Positions 54,312 to 64,000 of a DNA stretch of 64,000 nt are shown here, piece after piece (within the stretch, counting starts at the first letter, position 1; each line of letters opens with the position of its first letter). The stretch lies in assembly GCA_951406725.2 (NCBI GenBank), contig OX597820.1, positions 7,750,001 through 7,814,000 of the forward strand, in the 5' to 3' direction. Source of the stretch: Octopus vulgaris (lineage: Eukaryota). The notes beneath the pieces are model-generated. The model worked only from the letters and a program-made list of their open reading frames with translations. It was not told the origin of the DNA and ran no database searches. The translations under genes and the position numbers were made by a program.

Positions 54312-55596
54312 CAGGGTGAGGCAGAGAGGACGGTCGTTTCTGAAATGGCTATTACTTAGCCCCAAGGGGCAGACATATATCTGACAGGTACCATTCGGTC
54401 CGTGTTGTCTTACCATTTGTTCCTCTTTTCAGGTGAAGCCATGGTGCTATTGGCGATAGAACATCGCGTGTTTGCCCACGACAGTTATTTGAAGAATAAC
54501 AAGTCTGTCACAGCAGTTCAGCATGATGAGTTTCGGCGCCACTTCAGCATTCACCGAAATCCCACGCGTTGGGACTACGTTGGGTGTATACGTTTCGTGC
54601 ACGAGGTACACTAATGAATAGGAGACCGGTGGGGGCGCCACGAACCGTACGAACCCCGGGAAATGCGGAACGCATCATACAAGCTTTGATACGGAGTCCG
54701 AATCGCTCTGCTCGGAGACTTTCCACTGAACTTGGCATCGGTAATCGTATTTTGCATGAAGACCTGTATTTCCACCCGTACAAATTGTTCATTCGGCCAC
54801 AATTGAAACCATGTGACTATGCACAGTGGCTTAACTTCGCACGTCAAATGTAAGCAATTTTTGAGGCAAATGACAACCTCATTTTGTTAATGAGTGATGA
54901 AGCTCATTTTCATCTCAATGACATGGTGAATCAACAGAACTGATGTTATTGGGATCTTGAAAATCAGAGAGAACTTCACAAAAGACCGATGCGCAGCCCA
55001 AAAATGACGGTCGGGTGTGTTGTTGGAAAACGCTGCTGTCACCGATCCTTATTTTTTAAAGACAATAATGGAAATGCTGTTATTGTGAACTCCGAGCGTT
55101 ACATCGAGTTGATAAACTTCTTTGTGCCTGAATTACAACGAAAACGTATGCTATTCGACGTGTGTGGTTTCAGCAGGATGAAGCGACGGCCCACACAGCC
55201 AGAGAATCAACGGACATTCTTTGCCCTCTCTTCAGTGACTTTCTTTGGCCCCCTCGGTCCCCTGATTTCTCCATGTGTAACTATTTCTTGTGGAGAAACT
55301 GCAAGGCACATGTGTATGCGCATAAGCCCCGTACATTGGACGATTTGAAGGAAGTTATTTGCTTGGAAGTCGCCCAAAGCGACAGAGCGAGGCTGGAGAG
55401 AGTGAAGGCCGACTTCCAAGAACGTCTTCAGAAATGCATCAATGAAGACGGACACCACATGATGGATGTTGCTTTCCATACTTGATTTTGGCAAATGCTA
55501 TTTCAATACACACACATTGGTGTGTCAATAAAATGTGTTTTCAGCTAAAATTAATTATTTCGTTTTTGAAAACATCCGTCCTCTCTGCCCCACCCA

Positions 55597-55597
<1 letters not shown>
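54312..55597 (+). mobile_element. Full-length but defective Tc1/mariner transposon (rosa/DD41D-like), TA TSD
   Basis: TA|CAGGGTGAGGCAGAGAGGACGG ... CCGTCCTCTCTGCCCCACCCAG|TA TIRs; MSDEAHFHLN..VNQQN, WFQQD.ATAHTA, WPPRSPD..C.YFLW; stops and frameshifts. Confidence 0.92.
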
Positions 55598-55664
<67 letters not shown>

Positions 55665-55666
<2 letters not shown>

Positions 55667-55862
55667 CTGCGGCCAGGGAGAGTTCACGAAAAAGACAAAA
55701 GACAAAGACAGGTGGTGTACAAAACAAACAGATGTATTAGTATAACGCTCAGGAATAGAAAAAGTCTTTTACATTTCGAGCCTACGCTCTTCTACAGAAA
55801 AGGACACAGTAAAAACAAGGAGAGAAACAAGGAGAGAAAAAAATGTGTGTAGGGCTAACGAT
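55665..55862 (-). mobile_element. Family D element with variant hammerhead (55766-55802)
   Basis: Matches 37898-38082; CUGUAGA core. Confidence 0.8.
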
Positions 55863-55873
55863 CTATCTATCTA

Positions 55874-55933
<60 letters not shown>

Positions 55934-56563
55934 TTGCTCGTTTTCCTGCTTTCATCTCACACCTGATCTCCAACCTTGTTTTTCTAGAAGTTCTATTCTC
56001 TTCATTTATCTTTCTATCTCTCTTCCTCTCTATCTCTCCCTTTCTCTATCTCGCCCACTCTCTAACTCTCTTTCTCTCTCCTCTTTCTCCTCTCTCTCTC
56101 CTTTCTCTCCTCCTTTTCTCTCCTTTCTCTCCTCTCTCTCTCTCACACACAGTCGTCTTATATAAGTCGTAAGTCTATTTAAGTCTTCTTGGAATCCTTT
56201 AATCAAAACCTTATCCCTATTCCTACGTCATAGAGCAGCAGTTATCCCTTAAGCTCTAGTTTCAGTCACTAAACACCGCTAAACATTTTCTCATCACGTC
56301 AGTAGGGTTTCAAAACCACACATAACAGTTAGCCGGCGTCTGATGATGGCATTGTGCTCAGCCTGTACATTGTCCATTTTACCATCTATTTAAGCAGCAT
56401 CTAACTATTATCCTTTCTTCCGTCTTTTCGTGTAAACTCTTCTTAAAACACTGCCATCGTTTTCATTTCTTCCACCGACCCGAATTTGTGTCTTCTTTAT
56501 TTTACTAATTCATCCGGACCTTCTTTTTTTCCTTCCCTGTGTAAACATTTTTCGTGTGTATAC

Positions 56564-56973
56564 CTATTTCTTTACTACCCACAAGGAGCTACACACAGGG
56601 GGACAAACAAGGACAGACAAACGGATTAAGTCGACTATATCGACCCCAGTGCATAACTGGTGCTTATTTAATCGACCCCGAAAGGATGAAAGGTAAAGTC
56701 GACTCGTGGGAAATTGAACTCAGAACGTAGCGACGGATGAAATACCTATTTCTTTACTACCCACAAGGGGCTACACACAGGGGGACAAACAAGGACAGAC
56801 AAACGGATTAAGTCGATTATATCGACCCCAGTGCATAACTGGTGCTTATTTAATCGACCTCGAAAGGATGAAAGGCAAAGTCGACCTCGGCGGAATTTGA
56901 AATCAGAACGTAACGGCAGACGAAATACGGCTAGGCATTTCGCCCGGCGTGCTAACGTTTCTGCCAGCTCGCC
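56564..56973 (-). mobile_element. SINE C head-to-tail dimer within one 15-bp TSD
   Basis: TTTTCGTGTGTATAC at 56549-56563 and 56974-56988; full unit 56747-56973, headless unit 56564-56745. Confidence 0.9.
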
Positions 56974-57386
56974 TTTTCGTGTGTATACATACACACACGG
57001 GCGCATAGTTGGTGAGTGTTTATGGGCTGTGATAAAAGATACTTGTCCGAAACGCTATGCTGTGTAATAAAAACCGAGTCTTCATGATTACTGAGTTAAA
57101 TCTCCTATTTAACCACGACGCCATACCACGCTCCGTTTGCTTTATGCTACTTTAAACATAACGACATACATAAACGCATACATATTCTCAAACGTATAGT
57201 CATCATACATACATACACACAGGTATATATATATATATACCTGTATGTATGTATGCATGTAGGTACGAAACTATATACGTTTGCATGTGTGTGTTTATAC
57301 GTATAGTCTATATGTGTGTATTTCTGAATGCATACATTTTTACATTTATGCAAGTGCATATGTATATGTTTATGTATTTATGCGAG

Positions 57387-57422
<36 letters not shown>

Positions 57423-58044
57423 TGTATGTATGTATGTATGTATGTATGTATGTATGTATGTATGTATGTGTGTGTGTGTGTGTGTAAGTATATATATATC
57501 GATGTTTATACGTATATGGATGTGTCTCTGTGTCTGTGTATCTGAACATATATGTATGTAAGCGATTGTATGTATTGTATATACACGCAGATGTGTCTAT
57601 TTTTGTGCATATATATTTATGTGTCGACGTGTATATATGTGACTGTCCACACAGCGCTGCAGGTAATAACATAAGTGGCCGATATCGCTTCTAACCACAG
57701 TTTTATATTGTTAAGTAAATGTTATTAATGTAGGAATAATCTATCACCATTTCAGGTAAACAGTCGGCATTCAGCATCGCAAGCGCCGCCGCCGCCAACG
57801 CCAACGCCGCATCACCAGCGCCACCACCACCAGCATTCTTTCCGCTTTCTATGTCTGCATTTTCCTCAAGACGAAATAGTAGTGTTGTTGTTGTTGTTTT
57901 TTGTTAATGCCGGTGATGATATTGTCGATTAGCTCTAGTTCAGCAATATCGTCGAAGTCGTTCCAAATGTGACCACCCTATATTTTTTCATATGTGCAAA
58001 TAACCTGGAAGCACTTTCCAAACGACTTCTTTCGTAAATGGTTA

Positions 58045-58283
58045 TGTGTGGGTGTGTGTGTTTGTGTATGTGTGGATGTCTGTGTGTCTGTGTGTCTGTC
58101 TGTGTGTGTATATATTTGTGTGTCTCTCTGTGTCTGTCTCTCTGTGTCTGTCTCTCTGTGTCTGTGTGTGTCTGTGTGTGTGTGTATGTCTGTGTCTGTC
58201 TGTGTGTCTCTCTCTCTGTCTCTGTGTCTGTCCGTGTGTCTGTGTGTGTGAGTGTATGAGTGTGTGCGCGCGCGTGCGTGTGT

Positions 58284-58325
<42 letters not shown>

Positions 58326-58352
58326 GTGTGTGTGTGCATGTGTGTGTGTGTG
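58045..58352. repeat. (TG)/(TGTC)-type microsatellite
   Basis: Directly visible. Confidence 0.9.
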
Positions 58353-59067
58353 ATTTTGGCTTTTAGATCTTGCTGATTGAAAATATATGTAGAAGTTCCC
58401 TGGTTGGCCTGTAGAGCTGCGGAGTTTTCCTGGAAGCGACCACCACCAAGGATAACGACAGCCCCACTAATCCAACAACACTAACATCACCACCAACAAC
58501 AATATCAAACCGCCACAGCCTTCAGTGATGACAGGAGGACAATGAAGACACAGTCTCAACAACCCGATCCGGTCATGGATGTCTTGGACTCTCTGACCTT
58601 GCTTTGTCTAGATTTCGGACACACATCAACAATGTCTTTCAATACGAATATGGCCACCACGTTTATTATTTAGTTGCTGTCCATACCCACAGCAACCCTC
58701 ATTTAGCGGTTCTACAGCACACAGATTGCTGTGTGATCCTAGGCAATCTTACAGCACACAGGTCACACCTGATCCACCAACCTCATGATATGCAGGCAGC
58801 GGGGTTTTTTTTAGCCCCAGGTCTCTTAGGCTCCTACAGTCCTATAATGTTCGTTGTTATTGTATAAACCAAGGTCGGTTCTGATCAAGTAGGTTCGTAA
58901 TACACTGCAGCTGGTCAATCGTCCAGGCTGATCATACAGATCCTGAAAACCAGCATTTTTGGTGGTGGTGGTGGTGGTGGTGGTGGTGGTGGTCTTCGTG
59001 GTTGTTTTTGTTTTTGTGGTGGTGGTGGTGGTGGTGGTGGTGGTGGTGGTGTTGCTGCTGCTGCTGT

Positions 59068-59433
59068 TGCTGTTGAGCGAAGTGGTCTTCATCTCTGTAG
59101 TGGGAGAAATCCGAAACGTGGTCCTTTGCTATTCGTAAGACCCGCAGAAGAGAAAGCAGGTCAACCTCCAACACCGAGAGCATCGACGGATGGACGAATG
59201 CGCATCCAGGCTCAGCGGTTGCGTAGGAAGTCGGGGACAAGAAACAGGAAGAAAGAGTGAGAGAAAGTTGGAGCGAAAGAGTACAACAGGGGTCGCCACT
59301 ACCCCCTGCCGGAGCCTCGTGGAGCTTTTAGGTGTTTTCGCTCAATAAACACACACAACGCCCGGTCTGGGAATCGAAACCACGATCCTCCGACCGCGAG
59401 TCCGCTGCCCTAAACACTAGGCCATTGCGCCTC
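59068..59433 (-). mobile_element. SINE B, tail type 1, inserted in a (GGT)n tract
   Basis: Reverse complement of 11319-11695 with small indels. Confidence 0.9.
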
Positions 59434-60116
59434 TACTTGTTGTTGATGGTGGTGGTGGTGGTAGTTTTGGTGGTGGTGGTCTTCGTGGTTGTTTTTGTGG
59501 TGGTTTTTGGTGGTGGTGGTGGTGGTGGTGGTGGTGGTGGTGGTTTTGGTGGTTGAGGTGGGGTGGAGTTAGAAGTGGTAATAGAGTTGCTAGTTGGTTC
59601 TACTGCCAATCGCTCTTCATAGTTTCTTCCCTAATCTTATGTCGGGCGTCTTTTTTATTCAGTTATCTGTTCTGAGGGAGGATTAGCTGTTATATCTAAC
59701 AACTGAATTGGACAAGTAGAAGCTTCATCTGTGACAAATGAAATATGCAAAACTTCATAATGTCTCAGAAACACCAACGAACCCCCAGCGCCACTCCCAT
59801 CGACTGGTTTTACTTGTTAATTGTTTTGTCTAATCAAATATCAGGGAGGATTGATTGTTATTTCTAAGCCTGTTGATCGATCCGGAAAACCTTCCCATGT
59901 CAGTCGGTTCCCTGATGCAATCTCACCAGATAAATATGGGCTTTATTTATGTTCTTTACTTTCTAAAACGCAACACTAAATGGTCCCAGCTTTTTGCAAT
60001 ACCGACAACTAAGGATCTACTTCGTTCATTTTCACTGATACACTTTGGTACAGCCCGCTATTCACCAGCTCCCAAGTATATATGTGTGTGCGTCTGTGTG
60101 CGTGTGTGCGTGTGTG

Positions 60117-60178
<62 letters not shown>

Positions 60179-60181
60179 TTG

Positions 60182-60392
60182 TAGAGTGAAAAAGAAGTAA
60201 TTTCTACTCTTCTCCTCTGGAAGCCATCTACTCGCAATACCAGAGGGCGCACACTCTCCTACCCTGATGTAATCTCCAGGGATACAGGCATCCAGCAACA
60301 GGACCTCCGTAATACCATGATGGACCGTGAAGTCTGGCGTAGCATAGTAAATTCCATTGTCTCGACCACGATCGAACAATGATGATGATGAT
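60182..60392 (+). pseudogene. RTE-like LINE 3' end with (ATG)n tail
   Basis: EVISTLLLWKPSTRNTRGRTLSYPDVISRDTG...MMDREVWRSIV. Confidence 0.8.
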
Positions 60393-60629
60393 GTGTGTTT
60401 GTGCGCGCGCGTAAAACTTACATCGTAGATATATAAGCAGGGATAATCTAGCTATTTCTCTACAGATTAAAAAAAAACGGTGATCAACCTTCATCGATTT
60501 TCGAATCTTATTGGATTCTCACCAGAGATGCCTAATCCCAGAGAATAAGCACCCAATCTCTTTATATACTCAACAATTACAGTTGCTACAGAAAGCTAAA
60601 ACTCCTAATTTGCATACCGTATTAACACA

Positions 60630-60845
60630 GGCGCAGGCGTGGCTGTGTGGTAAGGAGTTTGCCTCCCAACCATATGGTTCCGGGTTCAGAAGGTGTCTTC
60701 TACTATAGCCTAGTACCGACCAGAACCTTGTGAGTGGATATGATAGATGGAAACTGAAAAGAAGCTCGTCGTATCCATATGCGTATGTGTCTTTGAGTCT
60801 GCGTTTGACCCCACCATAGCTTGACAACTGGTGTTGGTTTAGTCC
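60630..60845 (+). mobile_element. Diverged, internally deleted SINE A
   Basis: GGCGCAGGCGTGGCTGTGTGG head and body similarity. Confidence 0.8.
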
Positions 60846-60944
60846 GTCAGCATGCCTGTCATCCCTTATGCCCTTGTCACAAGGCTTTGCTTCCACACAC
60901 ACACAGCAGCTTAATTTAATTTGTCCTAAGTCGAAAGATATCTG

Positions 60945-61242
60945 TTGTTATGTCCTGTTATTTGCATTTGTATTTGTGTACCATTTCTCCTTTTTTTCCG
61001 TCCTTATTTTCACATACATTCGCTGCTTTCTTCCAAGGAATCTAGCGCTCTTAGCTTAGTTTTCCTTTGGGGCTGACCAGTTTGGAGCAATCTCGAGTAT
61101 AACAAGCCAAAATTGCAAAGATAATCTGTAACTCAACTAAGGAAAGAAAACTCCGAATGACCCGTCCGTGTTTTTCTTGATCCTTTTTGTATCATTATCA
61201 TCTAACTGTGGATGTTTTGCGTTCTTTCCCATTTTTTGTATT

Positions 61243-61246
<4 letters not shown>
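60945..61246 (+). mobile_element. TA-abutting unclassified repeat, longer relative of 4375-4493
   Basis: GCCAAAATTGCAAAGATAATC...CCGAATGACCCGTCCGTG...GGATGTTTTGCGTTCTTTCCCATTTTTTGTATT. Confidence 0.55.
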
Positions 61247-61296
<50 letters not shown>

Positions 61297-61300
<4 letters not shown>

Positions 61301-61418
61301 CTTGTTTCAGTAATTTTAACTGTGGCCATGCTGGACCAGTGCCTTTTAGTCGAAGAAATCGATCCCTGAACTTATTCTTTATAATCCTGGTACTTATTCT
61401 ATCGATATCTTTTACCGA
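61297..61418 (-). mobile_element. SINE A 3' tail fragment
   Basis: TTTACTTGTTTCAG..GGCCATGCTGG..TACTTATTCTATCG. Confidence 0.75.
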
Positions 61419-62980
61419 CCAGGTCGTGATTCGGTTCTCTTCTGCAAAGTACACCACTGAATACATTGATCTACAAAAGGGAATTGCAATGGGTTGTGCC
61501 ATCTCCCCAATCCTTTTTGTGATGGTCATGGAGATCATACCGAGGGGCTTAAAGCACAGGTTCAACTAAGGAGAAGTAAAACTAAGAACGTTCATGGATG
61601 ATCTCAACATTATGCAGTAGAATATCAACGTTGCCAGAGACGTATTGAATAGATTGTCCGAACCGATCAGCTGGAGTCAGATGACCTTTAAACCGAAAAA
61701 GAGCAGATCTCTTTCCCTGAAGGGTGGATCGCTCGTAAATTTGGTTTTCAGCATCGGTGGAGATGCCAACTGTTCGTGAGCAAGGGGTCAAAAGCCTTGG
61801 AAAGATGGTACAGCTTTCCCCTTACAGACAGGCATCGAGGTGTTTAACTGCAGAAGCAGGCAGAGTCAGGGCTAAAATGCATTGATCATGCAAGTTTGGC
61901 AGAGAAGTTCAAGGTGTGGTGCATGCATTTTGGGTTGCTCCCAAGACTGTTGTGGCCCATAAATGTGTATGAAATTTCTCTAACGAGGATTGAGAGTATT
62001 GAACGGAAGATCAATAAGATGGTAAGGAAGTGGCTTGACCTTTTGAAGTGCCTGTCATCTGTCGCCCTTTATGGCAACCTGGATAGGCTCCAGATGCCCC
62101 TGACATCACTAGTAGATGAGTACATAATCTCCAAGGAGCGCCTGCAATCGATGCTGTCTGAGTCAAGGGACACGGTGATTCAGGACAATCCACCAGATTT
62201 GAACACTGGTAGGATGTGGGAGGTCACTGAGGTGATGCGGCAGCTTGATGAGATGACCCAGCATGCTGAAGTGCATGGAGTGATGATAGACGGCAGGGCT
62301 GCTGTAGGTTTTATCAAGAGAGAGCAGTTCTGGTCTGAGTCAAGTGAACAAGAACATCGGAAGCTGCATGATCAACAAGTAAGACAGCTGGAAAATGAGA
62401 GGCATCTGTGTCACGCAGCGCAACAAGCACAGCAATATCAGTGGCTGAATTGGGATGATATCGAAAAGCTGGAGTTGAAGTGGTCTGATCGGTGGCGAGT
62501 GAGTGCAGGGCATTTGCAAGCTCTGATCCGGACTGCGTATGATGTGCATCTGTCTCCACCAATCTCAAAACAATGGGGTATCCAAGAGAGTCAACAGTGT
62601 CCCTTGTGCGGGAAGTATGGCAGCCTCAAAAACATGCTATCAGCTTGCTCAAAAGCACTCCAGTCAGGATGGTATACATTTGGACATAATTTCGTGCTAA
62701 ACGTTGTTGCTTCAGCTGCAAGAGAGGGTCAAGTGCCTGAACTGAGCTTGCGCAAGATAGCATTTGTGAAGCAAGGTGTGAGGCCAAATAGACAGAGACC
62801 TCGGCAGGCCGAAGACAGAAAATGGGAGCTGTTCGTAGACAAGCCATTGCCTGAAAGCATCGTTGTGTCAGCACTCCGATTTTGGTAGATGAGGGTCAAA
62901 GACGTGTGGTCCTTGGGGTGTTTACTGTGCCATGGGAGGAGAGCATAGCTGAGGCCCATGACCGGAAGCTGTTGGACGAT
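61419..62980 (+). pseudogene. HERO-clade non-LTR retrotransposon (RT C-terminal half, zinc knuckle, RLE start), 5'-truncated and disrupted
   Basis: LQKGIAMGCAISPILFV, FMDDL, MTFKPKKSRSLSL, KSLGRWY, KFKVWC..GLLPRLLWP..VYEI, CPLCG..SL...LSAC..AL..G.YT, TVPWEE. Confidence 0.9.
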
Positions 62981-63073
62981 GTGAAGGGGCCAAATCGTTT
63001 AGTAAGCACAGTGTTTAGCTGGAGATAATGAGTATTGTCAATGTGGAGGTCTTGCAGAAAGTCAAATAATTAG

Positions 63074-63120
<47 letters not shown>

Positions 63121-63379
63121 GCAGCAACAACAACAATAATAATAAAATTACTCATGATGATGATGATGATGATAATGTTGGAGTGGTTTGTTTGACATGA
63201 GTTGTGACTGAAGAGAATCTTTCTAATGAACACATTGAAAGGTGTTGCGATCGTCTGCATTTGTTGTTGGAGAGAGATGGGGGTGAGGGGAGGGGAGAAG
63301 GGCAAAATAAATAAACTTCATCTAAACAATAAACTAGAACATACTAAACAATAAACTAGAACATACTACAGGTATGTAT

Positions 63380-63424
<45 letters not shown>

Positions 63425-63670
63425 TATGCATGTATGTAAATATACACATGCATACACACATATATAGATATACAATCATGTATACATATATGTATATATG
63501 AGTGTGTGAGTGTGTGCATGAGTGCATGAATATATACACATATACATATTGAAACATATATATAGAGAGATATAAATTTATGCATAAATATATCAACACA
63601 CGTATGTTTATTTACGTATATATACATACATATGTATGTGTGTGTGAGCGTGTGTGTATACCTTCATACA

Positions 63671-63710
<40 letters not shown>

Positions 63711-63917
63711 GAACCTATACATGTGCATGTGTATGGATATATATAAATAAACAGTCGTATATGCGTAACCTGTGTGTAATATATTTAGGTACGCGTGAGT
63801 ACATATATATTTACATGCAATACGCATTATATATATATATATACGTATATATATATTCATATATATATATATATACACATACAAACACATGAATAAATAC
63901 ATACATATACATATATC

Positions 63918-63974
<57 letters not shown>

Positions 63975-64000
63975 CTTTCTAAATTTTTCATCAGTAGCTA

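Noticed and set aside
58590-58770. VILGNLTAH resembling the APE motif ILGDFNAH
   Set aside because: Single degenerate motif without supporting collinear motifs
61896-62888. 330-aa ORF as a host gene
   Set aside because: Part of a disrupted HERO retrotransposon

Overview
Eukaryotic, AT-rich, repeat-saturated non-coding DNA, most likely from an octopus genome (inferred from the tRNA-derived SINE families and very high microsatellite density). I can support no intact host protein-coding gene, and most listed ORFs are translated microsatellites. The window holds three young SINE families with interchangeable 3' tails, decayed non-LTR retrotransposons (R4/Dong-like and other RLE-type, HERO, RTE, Tx1/L1), Tc1/mariner relics (DD41D-like, DD37D) and a non-autonomous Helitron. 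It also holds several Penelope-like element (PLE) remnants. The most notable signal is a set of short non-coding elements inserted in (TA)n tracts with fold-back (palindromic) ends. Several carry type I hammerhead ribozyme motifs: five canonical cores, a four-copy family with a shared non-canonical core, and several decayed copies. All family assignments come from motif recognition by eye, and boundaries of decayed elements are approximate.
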